A DNA stretch of 64,000 nucleotides, taken from a virus. Below the pieces are notes generated by a model, which saw only the letters and a list, made by a program, of their open reading frames with translations, was not told the DNA's origin and did not search any database. The stretch lies in IMG/VR virus record IMGVR_UViG_3300021400_000072, one strand, 5' to 3'. Positions within the stretch are counted from its first letter, which is position 1. Each line of letters opens with the position of its first letter. Shown one piece after another: positions 1 through 12,466 of this stretch. Made by a program: the position numbers and the translations under genes.

Positions 1-1
1 G

Positions 2-160
2 AATGTTATTAATAATGCTAATAGTTCTACAGAAGGAATGGAGCAAAATATTACTATACATGCGGATTTCCCTAACGTTACCGAAAAATCTTAGATCGAA
101 GCCGCATTTAATAATCTTGTTAATAAAGCAAGTCAATATGCTTTTAGAAATAAGAGATAA
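2..160 (+). CDS. 3' end of an upstream gene (partial), probably virion structural; one in-frame TAG
   Basis: Frame 2 is open from the window edge to TAA at 158-160 (...NVINNANSSTEGMEQNITIHADFPNVTEKS-TAG-IEAAFNNLVNKASQYAFRNKR*). A terminator follows. Confidence 0.4.
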
Positions 161-163
161 TAT

Positions 164-198
164 AAAGGCAAAGATGTAAATTACATCTTTGCCTTTTA
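164..198 (+). terminator. Rho-independent terminator
   Basis: Inverted repeat aaaggcaaagatgta / tacatctttgccttt followed by a T-run. Confidence 0.6.
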
Positions 199-276
199 TT
201 TAAGGGCAATTATTTATAATATTTATTTTTATATTTTTATTATAAAATAATGAGAAAAAAGGAGGTTTTGTTTAAA

Positions 277-3200
277 ATGGGCAGTGAACAATATTCAAAT
301 AGTCTTTTATAGGCTATGTCTATTATTGCTAACAAAGCCGTATCAGACGCTAGCTTTAATAAAACAATTCAAGCGGTGATAGTGGAATGTAAAGATGCGA
401 CGATAGAAAAATATCGTGTGCGCTACCAAGATGGATTTTGGGAAGCGTATGGAAATGGATCAGGAGTAACATATTTGCCAGGAACAAGTGTTTATATTTT
501 AGTTCCAAATGGAGACATGTCTCAACCTAAAACAATAATAGGCACAGTTTAGAAATTGGGAATCAATTATATTAATACTATTTCTGAATAGAATCAATAC
601 TATGAAAACGGAAATAATACTTTAATAAATAATATTGCTCAATTTGAATTATGCTCTTATTAGACACAGACAATTTAGATATATAATAGAAACAAAAAAG
701 AAAATAAAATTAATATAAATGAAGAAGAGACCGCTTTTTATTTACAAACTTCTTCTCATTTAAAATGCTCTTTTAATATAAAGACTTCTTTAGATTTGCA
801 TCAAAGATTTAACGGAAATTATGGAATAAGATTTTATTTAACTTTTTTAGATAGAGCAAGAGAAGAAGAAGTAATAAGATAGTATACGTTTGATACTTAT
901 TTAATGAGCGGAAATCCTTATCTTTTTACAAATAAAGTACCTCAATCTACAGTTTTTGAAATTGATGGTGCTAATTTTTTAAATATAGATAGAATAGAAC
1001 TTTTTACGGAAGGTTTTCCTAAGCAAGCGGAAGGGCATCACCCAGACATTTTTATCTCAAATCTTGCTATTGTTGGAGTAAATCAATTATCTGAATAGGA
1101 AATGAATGGAGTTTCTCTTTCTTTTGTTGCTAAAAAAGGATATATTTTTAATGATACTAGCAGTGATAATGATACTAGAGAAATTCAAGCTATCGTTAGA
1201 GTTCTTGGAAAAACTGTAAATGATACAATTTCTCAAAAGCTATCTTTTTATTGGTTTGTTCAAAATATAAGTATTTCTAAAAGTAGTCCGTTTTATAATA
1301 AATATGGTGGATATGGATGGAAATGTTTAAATCCTTATAAAATTTTAGAGAAAGATGAATATGGTAATATTACATTAGTAGATTTTAATTCAATGGGATC
1401 TATCTTTACTATTGCTAAAGAAGATGTTCAAATTAAATAGCAAAAATATAAATGCGTAGTATTATACGGGAACGAATCTTTTTCTAAAGAATTTACTATT
1501 ATCAATCATAGCGCAAGTTATGAAATATAGATAGAGTCTGACAAAGGAACATAGTTCGTTTTAGACTCTGGTTATCCTAATTTAAAATGTATATTAAAAC
1601 ATAAAGGAGAAGAAGTATCAGTATATAACAACTATGTATTCCATTGGGGAGTAATTAATAATAAAGGAGTTTTTAGTTCTTTACCTTAGACAAATAAATC
1701 ATATTAGGTATGGCACGAAGCAGAAGAAAGGGTTAATAATTTATAGAAACTTTTTAAAGATAATCAAATAATAAAAAATGGTACTTATAAAAATTAGAAT
1801 GGACAAGTAGTAACTAATGAAGAGGCTTATAATGAAGCTAAAGACATTTTATAGAAATATCGAAATACTGAGATAATCCATAGTAATTATATTTACCATG
1901 TTAATATTAAAAAAATTATTAATTTTAGCACTTTTGTTTGTACCGTGTCAGATATTAATTTAAATGTAATTGGATCAAAAGAAATTACTTTAATAAATGA
2001 TTTAACTTCTAACGGCGGGTACTCTTTAATTATTAATAATGGAAAACAGTCTTTTAATTATAATGAACAAGGAATTAGTCCTTGTAAAAATGAAAAAATT
2101 AATTATGTTATTCCAGAATTATCATTTACTCTATTAAACGAAAAAGGTTAGGAAGTAGATCAAAATGAAATTAAACCAGATAATATTAAATGGGTTTTCC
2201 CAGATAAAAATAATAGTCTTTTAATACATCGTGAAAGAGAAAACGAGTAGCGGATTCCGCAAACAGATTATACAATAATATATCCTAAAGCGAGAGTTTT
2301 TACTTATGAGATTTCAGATAAGTATTTTAGTAATAAAAATGATAATGATATAGAATTACGAGTTACATATAATGGATATACATTAACTGCAAAAACAGAT
2401 TTTCTATTTAGTAAATAGGGCTTTTTAGGAACGAATGGAACAGGAACTGTTTTAAGAATTATTCCGTTATTTAATGGAAATCCTATTGATGAACTACCCT
2501 ATTTTAAAATAAATAAAAATAAGAGTGATGATAATATCGTTTGTAATTTTAATGAATTAAAAGCATAGTTATATGAAAACGGATAGTAGGTTTTTGCAGA
2601 AAATGAATCATCTTATATTTGGAGTATTTTAAAACCAAAAGAAACAGATTTTAGTAATTTAAAATTAAAAGCACCTTCTCTTGGGCAAAGAATGTCAGTA
2701 AGTTTTATAGATACTCCTATTGTCAAATAGAAAAATAGTTCTATTTATAATATTGTTAAAGTTTCAGTATTATATAATAATAATAAAATTTATGCTACTC
2801 TTCCGATTATCGTTTATGAAATTTGTTCAACTGGTTATGATGAAGATATTTATGATTTAAAATTAGTTCCAAATACTGGTTTTCAATATGTATTTTATGC
2901 AGAAGATGGTACTAGACCGTAGTATGATAATAAAAATCCTTTTACTTTTAAACTTACTGAAACATCTGCTGAAAGAACTAACGGTAGAGAATAGGATATT
3001 ACAAAAATTCAATTACCAGATTTTGAGCATTCTTTTGAGTATTAGGTAGGAGGCAATTTAACAATTAGAAAAAATTCTGATGATAGCAATATTTGTGATT
3101 TAGTTCCGAATACTACTTATGATGGTTCTATATTAGATAATTATTTAATTTGTAAAGTTAATAAAATAAAACAAGGAGAATTCCCAACAACAGTTGCACA

Positions 3201-4932
3201 ATGCTTAATTCCTATTCATATGATGCTTAATCGTTATGGGCATGCCGCCTTGAATGATTGGGATGGTAATAGTATTAAAATAGACGAAGAATCTGGAGAT
3301 ACAATCTTAGCACCACAAGTTGGAGCAGGTTAGAAAGAGGAAAATGCTTTTACTGGTATTTTAATGGGAACTGTTCAAAGTGGTAACGATAAAAAGAATG
3401 GTTTATTTGGATATAAAAAAGGTGCTCGTACTATATTTTTAGACGCTACAAATGGTAGTGCAACCTTTGGTCAGGCTGGAACGGGTCAAATTAAAATTGA
3501 TGCTGAATCTGGAGTTATTACTGGTGGAAGTTATCCTTATGATGAAAAAACAAAAAAAGGCTCTGGAATGGAGATAAATTTAGGAGAAAATCCATCAATT
3601 ACTTTTGGTTCAAAGAAGTTTTATGTTACTCCTGCGGGTTAGTTATATGCACAAGACGGTGGACAGATTGCAGGATGGAATATTGAAAAAGATAAATTAA
3701 GTAAGGGTACTGTCGGTATAAGTTCTAATGATACTCCTATTAAAACTAAAAACACAACAATACCTAATTTTGCTTTTTGGGCAGGAGATAAAGATGCTTC
3801 AAAAGCACCTTTTAGTGTTAATTTTAAAGGTGATTTAAAATCTACTTCTATAAATATTGGTGAAGATGTATTTATTAAAAATGGTCAAATTTATAGTCTT
3901 GGAGTAGATGAAAAAGATAAAAAAGGAAATTTAATTAAAAATAAATTTGATATTGTAAATGGTCGTGTAAAACATTTATCAGGAAATAATGGATTTTTAT
4001 TGGATGGAAATGGTTTATCAATAGGAGACAAATTTGCAGTTTCTTCTGGTGGTTTTATGAGAGCAAAAAGTGGTTATATTGGAGATGATACGACAGGATT
4101 TTCTATAAATGCTGATTCAATTTCTAATGGTACTCAAGGAACAAAAAAGAGTGTTTATTTAGGAACAAATTTAATATCTTTAGGAGATACTTTTAAAGTA
4201 GATAATAATGGAGAATTAACAGCTTCTAAAGGGAAAATTGCAAATTGGTATTTTACAGATGGTGCTTTTTATGATGAAACAGTAAGGACTTCAGGTAAAA
4301 CTGATTATGGAGATTATGATAAAAAGCAAGGAAAATATACTTCTGTTTATAGTAATGGAGTGTATTTTGGTCAAGGTGGAATAAGATTTGGTTCTAATTT
4401 TCATGTAGGAAGTAATGGTTGGATGTATGCTACTGCTGGAACTATAGGTGGATGGGAGATTGGAAGTAATACATTAAAGAGTCATAATAAAGATGGTAAA
4501 TTAATTTTAAATAGTAATGGTTCTATGTCAGGTCCTGGATGGAGTATAGAATCTGGAGGAAAAGCTAACTTTAATAATATACATATTACTGGAGAAAAAA
4601 GCTCTATGAGTAATGGTACTATTGGAGGCGGTACTTCAATGAAGGGTGGAACTATTCATCCTGGTAGTGTTGGAGTACCTGGTGGTGGAAATTTAAATGA
4701 TTGGTGCAAAAATATTGTTGCTGAAAGTGTTACTGCTGATTATATTAAGGGTAAAATTTAGCATTTAGGTGAATTATATGTAAGAAAAATTAAATGTAAT
4801 GATATAAAAATGACAAAAAATGGAAGATAGTTTAATTTTGCTTCAGAAAGTTTTGTTAATGAAAGAATAGGAGATGCAACGAGATCTATTTGGGAAGCAA
4901 TAAGTGATATACGAGGAAAACTTCCAAAATAA
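277..4932 (+). CDS. Very large tail fibre / host-specificity protein (about 1551 aa) read through about 28 in-frame TAG codons
   Basis: ATG at 277 lies 8 nt after AAGGAGG. ORF-track pieces 316, 904, 1102, 1945, 3364 and 4000 are all in frame 1 and separated only by TAG; there is no TAA or TGA until 4930-4932. Fibre-like G/S/T/N-rich sequence with repeated GGW.I....L motifs. Confidence 0.8.
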
Positions 4933-4952
4933 TTTAAAAAGGAGATAAAAGG

Positions 4953-5153
4953 ATGGAAAATATTAACTTAAAAATTGCGGAAGTAGATGCCGCTTTGACA
5001 TATTATCTACAGCAATTACCAATTGGTGTAGCTTATTATATATTAAAAGATAAAACAAAATAGTTTGAAACGTTATATTATAATCAAGCAAGAATAGAGC
5101 AAGAATCTATTCAAAAGCAAGAATAGAGTAATTAGCATAAGGAGGAAAACTAA
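4953..5153 (+). CDS. Small protein (about 66 aa) between the fibre genes; 3 in-frame TAG
   Basis: ATG preceded by AAAGGAGATAAAAGGAT. Same frame as, and 3 nt upstream of, the next gene. Ends in TAA. Confidence 0.4.
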
Positions 5154-5156
5154 CTT

Positions 5157-6845
5157 ATGAGTAGAATTACAAAATTGGCGAAAAAAGAAAACGGTGTCTT
5201 TCAAGAGCCAATTCCTATTGGAACTTCTTCTTAGTATGTTACTATTGACGATAATAAAACAATAACTTTAAAAGATATTATCGGTGATTATACAAAAATA
5301 CCAGAAGGGAAAATTTCGGAAGCAATAAAGGCCCTTGATGAAAAACAAGTAGAAATAGGGGATGCATCTGCAACAGAAAAAGGTCTTATGAGTTCTGTTG
5401 ATTTTAAAAAAATAAACCCTCAAATTTTAAGTAGAGAGACAGAAGATTTAAACGCAATTAAAACTCCTGGTTGGTATAGAATACTTTGTGATGAAAGCAG
5501 CGGCGTAATGCTTGTTAAAAATGTACCTAATTTTGTACAAGGAGGTTAGGATTCTTGTTGGTTAGAAGTACAACAAATAGATAATTTAACACTTTTCCAA
5601 AGATTAAGAACTTATTCAGGAGAGTATTTTGAAAGACAATATGACCCAAATACTTTATGGACAGCATGGAAACAAAAAGATGTTGTTATGAAGGGAGCTT
5701 ATCCCGCTGTCAAAGGTAGTGAAGGATTAGTTCCTGCTCCTGCGGCGGGAGATAACAATAGATTTTTAAAAGGTGACGGAACTTGGGCAATTCCTGCTAA
5801 TACTTGGGAATCTAATACAAGTTCTAGAGCGGGATATGTTGCAAGTCCTGCAGGCGCTGCTTCTAAAGTTTGGAAAACTGATGCAAGCGGAAACCCAGGT
5901 TGGAGAGATGAAAAAGATACTACTTATTCAAATATGGTAGGTGCGTCTGCGTCAGCGGCAGGTACAGCAGGATTAGTACCTGCTCCCGCAAGAGAGCAAC
6001 AGAATTATCTTCTTCAAGGTAATGGTACTTGGGTTGCTCCTAAAAAGACTGAAGGAGGGTCAACTTCAGGTTATTTATTATCTAGCACAGAACATGCAAA
6101 TTTAAAATCATTAACAAATAATTGGTCAAAATATTCTCTTGAATTACGGCCTCCGACTAATGCTAGTCACGGTGGTTTTATTGATTTTCATTATAATGGA
6201 AGCACAGCAGATCATACAGCAAGAATAATAGAAGATGAATCTGGTATTATTAAAATTGATGGAAAACTTGATGTAACAGGAACAAGTACAGTTAAATCTG
6301 TAACGGCTTCTGGAGCAGTGACAGTTAATGGTATTTTAAAAGCACAAAGTGCTCATAATGCAGAAAATGGTCATATTGTACCTGTCAGTTCTTCTTCTTC
6401 AAGAGGTATTACTTATATGTTTAATTCTTACCAATCTAATGTTTTAGATGTAACAGGCAGATGGGGGGCTACTTCTGGAGCATCTATTCGTCATATTGCA
6501 GCAAGTTCTTCTGATATTCGTTTAAAATAGAATATTAAATAGAATACTACTGGTGGATTGGAATTAATAAATAAAATTCCGTTATATGAATTTGATTGGA
6601 AAAATTCTGGTAAACATCAAAAAATTGGTTTTATTGCAGATGAATTAGAAAAAATAGACCCTAATTTAAGCATTGGAGATAAAACTTAGGATGAGAATGG
6701 TAATCCTATTTATAAAAGCGTAAATACTTTTTATTTACAAGGTTTTGAAATTAAAGCTATTCAAGAATTATCTCAACAAAATGATGAACTTAAAAAAGAA
6801 ATTAATCTTCTTAAAGAAGAAATTAAAGAATTAAAAAAGAAATAA
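5157..6845 (+). CDS. Tail fibre protein with tandem Phage_fiber_2-type repeats ([24 protein letters not shown], twice) and a C-terminal coiled coil; 5 in-frame TAG
   Basis: Continuous frame 0 from ATG 5157 to TAA 6843-6845, broken only by TAG. C-terminus ...[25 protein letters not shown]. Confidence 0.8.
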
Positions 6846-6847
6846 TA

Positions 6848-6890
6848 AAAAGGGAACGATATATTTAAAATATATCGTTCCCTTTTTTCT
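6848..6890. terminator. Bidirectional rho-independent terminator between convergent genes
   Basis: gggaacgatatat ttaaaa tatatcgttccc, flanked by A-run and T-run. Confidence 0.7.
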
Positions 6891-6892
6891 TT

Positions 6893-7375
6893 TTAAAAAG
6901 CACTCTTATGCTATTTAATATAAGCAACACCTAAACAAATAGCATCACTAATATCATCATTAACATCTAAGTTATAAATCATTTTAACTAAACGTTGACT
7001 ATTAGCTTTTAAAGTTTCTCTCTTTACTCTTGGTCCAGTTTGTATCCCACATAATCTTCGCCAATGTCCAACTACGCAAAAATCTACTTTATAACCTAAA
7101 ATACCTAATTTTGTAACAGTTTCTCCTTGAAGATATATTAATGCTTTATAAACAGATTGATTCTGTCTAACATCCTATGGTAAAACTTCTTCCATAACAA
7201 TATTAGTAGGTTTATATTTTTTACACATTTCTACAATTCTATTACTCATATTATCAATTCTTTTATATACGTTACGATCATTTTCTATTAAACATTCATA
7301 ATGTATTAATTTGCCCTACTAAAATATTGCAATCCCGCTAGATTTAGTAGAGGCGTCTATCGCTAAAGTTTTCAT
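6893..7375 (-). CDS. ruvC: RuvC-family Holliday junction resolvase (about 160 aa); 4 in-frame TAG
   Basis: MKTLAIDASTKSSGIAIF-Q-Q-GKLIHYECL...MEEVLP-Q-DVRQN...DAICLGVAYIK-Q-HKSAF. RuvC fold, including the N-terminal acidic Asp/Glu of the catalytic motif. Confidence 0.85.
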
Positions 7376-7440
7376 CGTTGAATCTACCTCCTTCAATCTA
7401 ACTTGAGTATATCAAAAAATTTTAAAAATGTCAAAAAAAA

Positions 7441-7466
7441 TAGGATGGATTTAAATATCCATCCCA
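7441..7466 (-). terminator. Hairpin with T-run downstream of dUTPase (minus-strand sense)
   Basis: aggatggat ttaaat atccatcct; the minus strand then reads TTTTTTTT. Confidence 0.5.
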
Positions 7467-7470
7467 TCAA

Positions 7471-7917
7471 TTATTTATTTCCACTACTTCCAAAACCACC
7501 CTCTCCGCGAGCAGTTTTATTCAATTCTTCAACTTCTTCAAAAGTAAGAGTATACTTTGGAAGTAAAGCAAATTGTGCAATCCTTTCGTATGGTTCAATT
7601 TTTTTCATACTATCTGAATCATTGTGTATTGCTACTTTGATCTATCCCCGATAATCAGGATCAATTACACCAATACAATTAGCAGGGCGGAGACTTTTCT
7701 TTGAAGCAATTCCGCTTCTTGGGAAAATACCTCCCCAATAATCCTTAGGAATTTCCATAGCTAAACCCGTGCCAATCATCTAAGTATGATGAGGCCAAAT
7801 ATATGTGTTCTTATCTACATTAGCATATAAATCCCACATTGCGGCGTCCTAGCTTCCGCAATAAGGAAGTTTAGCATTTTCATCAAGTCTTTTAACTTTA
7901 ATATTAATATTACTCAT
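7471..7917 (-). CDS. dut: dUTP diphosphatase (about 148 aa); 3 in-frame TAG, one at the conserved Gln of motif III
   Basis: ...GIFPRSGIASKKSLRPANCIGVIDPDYRG-TAG-IKVAIHN...RIAQFALLP...ARGEGGFGSSG. Compare E. coli DSDYQGQ. Confidence 0.9.
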
Positions 7918-8173
7918 CTATAGTATACCCCTCATCCGTATAAATAGGCATTAATTCACAATCAGGTTCTTTCTCTTGACAAAATTCTTTAGTAATAATA
8001 ACTCGTCTCCATTCATCAATAATCTAACCATTTTTCTTTTGTGTTTTAATTTCATTACTTGATTTTATTACAGTATATTGAGGATTTGTTTTGGCCTATT
8101 GAATAAGTTTCGTTGCTTCTGACTATGAATCACAACGGTACTGCTAAGTAACTTTAATTAAATATCTACTCAT
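7910..8173 (-). CDS. Hypothetical small protein (about 84 aa); 4 in-frame TAG
   Basis: ATG after AGGAGATAAA. Stop overlaps the dut start (ATGAGTAA). Confidence 0.4.
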
Positions 8174-8183
8174 TTTATCTCCT

Positions 8184-8447
8184 TTAAATTTGCGAATATA
8201 TAAAAGTTATATTATTATTGTTATTATCTAATATTTGTTTTTCTTTTGTCTTTTTCTCTATCCTCTATAAAAAATTTTTAGGGCCGCCGCTTAAATAAAC
8301 CTTTTTTAAAGTTTTATCTTTTGCGAAAAAATCAGGGAGATAAGACGTTGGAATTTGGTATTCTTCTGATGGAGAAAAAAATCCATTTTTGATATAAATA
8401 GTTTGTTTTAAATCTCCTATTTTTATTTTACAATATGCTGTTTTCAT
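8184..8447 (-). CDS. Hypothetical protein (about 88 aa); 1 in-frame TAG
   Basis: ORF-track 8265..8447 continues through a TAG to TAA. Confidence 0.4.
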
Positions 8448-8457
8448 TATTTACCTC

Positions 8458-8841
8458 TTAACATTCTATAACGGCATTGTCATATGGAAATAGATAATAA
8501 GCAAAAGGCTCATCATCAATTCTTAACCAAATTTCAAAATTACCATCAGGTTGTTTTTCAATAGAAAGTACGTCTCCTCTATTAGTGCAACATGCTAAAC
8601 ACTCTTTAGCCGCTATTGCGGGAGGATTGGGATTTTGATTTTCATACATGTGAAAAATAGTAAAATCGCTTCTATCTTTGCAATATAACATTCCATATGA
8701 ATCACAGTTCATATTAAAAAAATTTTCAATCTCATTTTGGGCGGCCGCTAATTCAAGATGATTCATAGGTTTAAATACCTATTTATTAGACATTAATTGC
8801 CGATTAGCAGCATATAACGTTCCCATATTTAATTCTGCCAT
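8458..8841 (-). CDS. Hypothetical protein (about 127 aa); 1 in-frame TAG
   Basis: GGAGACAATTA-ATG. MAELNMGTLYAANRQLMSNK-Q-VFKPMNHLELAAAQ... joins ORF 8458..8766. Confidence 0.4.
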
Positions 8842-8852
8842 TAATTGTCTCC

Positions 8853-9038
8853 TTATATTTCTATTTTTTTATATAATCCACAATGACATTCTCCTAAATC
8901 TTGCTCCATAAATTCTTTACAAATGCATTTAGTATCTTCATTTTTTATAGTTTTACATGGACAATACCCATTATTAGCTTTGAGCATTGCCCGTATCTAA
9001 TTAGCAAGGTCTTTATCCTCTGTCACTTTTATCATCAT
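8853..9038 (-). CDS. Small Cys-rich protein (about 61 aa); 1 in-frame TAG
   Basis: MMIKVTEDKDLAN-Q-IRAMLKANNGYCPCKTIKNEDTKCICKEFMEQDLGECHCGLYKKIEI. Confidence 0.35.
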
Positions 9039-9511
9039 AATATTAACCTTTCTGCATATTGATTATTGCTGGCAAGGTATACCCCTAATATTTCATCATA
9101 ATGTTTTTCTTGACCAGGGATAAATCTACCATATTTTATAATTATATTATCAAAATCTTTTAAAAAAGTCAAATACCATTTTATTTCATCTTTATTATAT
9201 CCAGTATAAATTACTATATCATCATTAGATACTTCTCGAAATTTTTTAATAAAATCAAGAATCTAATGAAAAGAATCAAATGGCTCTAAACCTTGAAAAA
9301 CAATAGCTTCAGAAATAGGATTATTTAAATATTTTTTTATAATATTCTCTGTTTCTATTTCTATCTTTGGCGCGGAAGCTAGGTCTGAGTTCTGACAGAC
9401 CTGCTTCCCGCATTCCTTATCACATTTAAATGTACAATAAGGCATCATTATTGTCATACAGGGTTTTTTATAATTTATAAAATCTTCATCTATAATATCA
9501 ATTACTTTCAT
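9036..9511 (-). CDS. nrdG: Anaerobic ribonucleotide reductase activating protein, NrdG-like (about 158 aa); 1 in-frame TAG
   Basis: Cys cluster CTFKCDKECGKQVC, GLEPFDSFH, IVIYTGYNKDEI (compare T4 NrdG IWVWTGYKLDEL). Lies immediately downstream of NrdD. Confidence 0.65.
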
Positions 9512-11460
9512 AATGTTTCCGCCGTATTATTAATTGGTTCCCAGCGTCGCATTTTATATTCTTTTACTCTTGATTTAGACCATGTGTTAATTGGTGTATA
9601 AAAACCTACAACACGAGTATATGATGTTTCAACTGGTTTCCCGCAAACTGGACATGTTGTACCATAAAAAGCATGATTTTCTTCACATGCTTGAATTATT
9701 GTATTAAAAGCAAAATATGTAACTCCCGCATCTGCAATATATTTTACCATTTTATATGCTTTCTCGTAAGAATCAAAAGGTGCATCAATATTAGCGTGAA
9801 GAATAGATCCACCATTACAAAAACTATCGAATAAAGCCTGTACTCTAACTCTCTCTTGTAATGTCGTCTTAATTCCTAATGGAATAAATTGATTTCCATA
9901 AAGAGGTAAATCATAAATGTTTGCATTTGGATAAAAGAACATATCTTTTTTCATAAGTTTTGCGGCAGCCGTTTCACCAGGAATTTGTTCTGTATTAATC
10001 ATATAATCACAGTTATAGTAACGAATAAATTCATCTGCGGTTTGTCTCATTACTTTAAAGATTTTTTCTCCGAATCGGCTTGCTTCTTCTGTATAAAAAT
10101 TGTTTCCTAATTCATCTTTCTAAACATAACCAAAACGTTTCATAGTTTCATAAATTCCAATAAAACCAATGGTATTATATAAATGCTCAAAATCAACGAG
10201 TTTATATGAAAAATTAGGAAGTAATTCTTTATCTACATCACGCTTAATGATATTACGAACTACATCAAGAGCTTTTAAATCTAAAAGAACTCTTTTTTCT
10301 AATTCTTCAAGATACTCTTGTTCTGAATTAGTATCAAGTGCTAAACGTGCTAAATTAATAGTAGAAACTTTTACACTACCAACTTTAAGTGCTGTACCAC
10401 CAATTGAATTAAAATACCCTAAATCTCTTATATCACTTTTTAATCTGCAACAATTACTTAAACTATTTACACTACTGTCTACAAAAATATTGCTATCTGA
10501 CCATTTCATATTATGACGAATAGCCCATTCCGCGAAATCAGGATCAACAAAATCTCCGTTTTGATAAAGTAATGAAATAGTATTTACAGGAAATGTAAAC
10601 ATATTTTCACTTCTCGTTTTCGCCATCTATTCCATATACCACTTTTGGAATTCAATGATTTCATCTTCATAATCAATCATAAAAGTGCCGTCTGGAAATT
10701 CTGCTCCACCAAACAATGCTTCAAAATAAGGCCTATCAAATACTGATGTATTAGTAAAGGCGGATTGTTGTCCATCACGAACATAAGGTTGATTTACAGC
10801 ATAAATAAAACGTTGAAAATTTTGACGAGCATACCCTTCCGCAGACTCTGATGTAGTTATACCAAGGTAGTCTACCTATTTATCTTTATTCCAAAAATAA
10901 AACATATATGGAATTAAGTTAGGTAAACCTACTGCTCCACTACTTCGATTACTTGCAAAACCAATAAATTCTTTTACAAAGTCAACAAAAGTAGTAAGAT
11001 GCTTTGCGGGCTTATAATTAAACGGATCTCCTATAAAATAAAGACCCTTTTCCGCCAAGTCTTTTAAATCATAAGCAAAACAATAGTGTTTAAATGTAGA
11101 TGTATCTGAATCATGTAAATATAATTCTCCAATCCATTCCGCACGTAACCATTCATTAGCTGTTTTAAATCCATATTTCTTTTGAATTTCATAATAAATT
11201 TTATTAAAAGCTAAAAGTTTTCTATGCGGCTTAGGCATTTCAGAAAGTAACGTTACCATATCTTTTCGTCTTACATTACTATTTCCATCTATTGAAACAT
11301 TAGCAACAGTTTTTTCATCAATAAAGTTATCTATAAAATCCGTATAACTTAATTGATCGTCATCAAAACCATTAATTCGTGCAATCTATGTTCCAAACTA
11401 TCCTTGCAGTTTATTATATTGTGTCGTAAAATTTTTTCCAAGTCTAATATTAATTTGCAT
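9508..11460 (-). CDS. nrdD: Anaerobic ribonucleoside-triphosphate reductase NrdD (about 650 aa); about 8 in-frame TAG
   Basis: ORF-track pieces 10876.., 10120.. and 9508.. are in one frame, joined only by TAG. C-terminal CPVCG zinc site and TRVVGFYTP glycyl-radical region. Confidence 0.85.
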
Positions 11461-11666
11461 TAGTTATAGTTCTCCTTTAACCATTTAACTGCTTGCCCAA
11501 AATCTAATATAGTATCATCTATTTGGAGGGCAGGAACCGATTGAATCCCTAACTATAGCATTTTATCTATGTTTTCATTTACAGTATACTATATATTAGT
11601 TTTATCTAATTTAGTTTTTAGCACTTTACATTTTGGACAATTTGTTGAATAAAATATAATCATCAT
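11460..11666 (-). CDS. NrdH / glutaredoxin-like redoxin (about 68 aa); 2 in-frame TAG
   Basis: MMIIFYSTNCPKCKVLKTKL... with a CPKC active site. Stop overlaps the nrdD start (TAATG). Confidence 0.6.
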
Positions 11667-11763
11667 TTTTCCTCCATTTTATATTTTAAAATCATAAAGC
11701 ATGAATTAATCAATTTTGTTCCTATCGAATAATATGAAGTAAATCAGTTATAATAGGTTGAAT

Positions 11764-12279
11764 CTAATTTGTTGAATTATCAATTACTTTATAGGAAAAA
11801 GGAAGATTTAAAAAATCTTTTTTATCTGATAAAAATCTTCGACATATTTCATTACAATTAGGATTACCTTCTCTATTTAATTGTCTTAATAATCTAATTT
11901 TATCAGGACACCAAATAAAAATAGGAGTACAATCAATTCTATCATTTTCTAATAGCTGTTTGATTGAATTAGGAGAAAAAACACCTACATTAATTTTATC
12001 TTCTTTTAAAACATCAATAGATGTACCATACCACCAATTATTAAAGCAAGAAAATTCTATCCACTTTTTTAAATTTTCTCCACTCATAAACTCATTTGCT
12101 GTATTAATAAAATGATAATGTATTCCATCTGCCTAATAAGGTCTTGCAGGACGAGTAGTAGAAGATACAATTTTATTTAAATTCATTTTTGCGTAAGGTG
12201 TCTGAAAAAGGTTGGAAAGGATATAATCCTTTCCAGACCCCGCAGGACCGAATAATGCTATAATTTTATATTTATTCAT
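11764..12279 (-). CDS. Guanylate-kinase-like nucleoside monophosphate kinase (about 171 aa); 1 in-frame TAG
   Basis: GPAGSGKDYIL...SSTTRPARPY-Q-ADGIHYHFI (compare GMP kinase STTRPPRPGEVDGVDYHFV). Confidence 0.65.
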
Positions 12280-12466
12280 TATCTTCTTCTCCTTTTAATA
12301 AATAGAGTAATATATCTTTGGCATTATAATTAAAAATATGATAAGGATAAAAACTAAAAACATTATTAAAAATTTTACATTCATGTTTCCATTTACATTT
12401 ATCTTCTTCACATTTACCACCATTATAACATTCAATACACATAATTATAAGATTATAAGGACTCAT
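12272..12466 (-). CDS. Small Cys-rich protein (about 64 aa)
   Basis: GGAGG 6 nt before ATG. MSPYNLIIMCIECYNGGKCEEDKCKWKHECK... Overlaps the pol stop. Confidence 0.35.
   Translation of the reverse strand: MSPYNLIIMCIECYNGGKCEEDKCKWKHECKIFNNVFSFYPYHIFNYNAKDILLYLLKGEEDNE

Noticed and set aside
7403-7654. Plus-strand 83-aa ORF.
   Set aside because: It is antisense to the well-supported dUTPase gene, has no RBS and is of low complexity. It is spurious.
10169-10516. Plus-strand 115-aa ORF. Several similar plus-strand ORFs are listed at 28390-29963 and 42177-43181.
   Set aside because: They are antisense shadows inside NrdD, LigA and the vault-like gene. They have no RBS and are compositionally biased.
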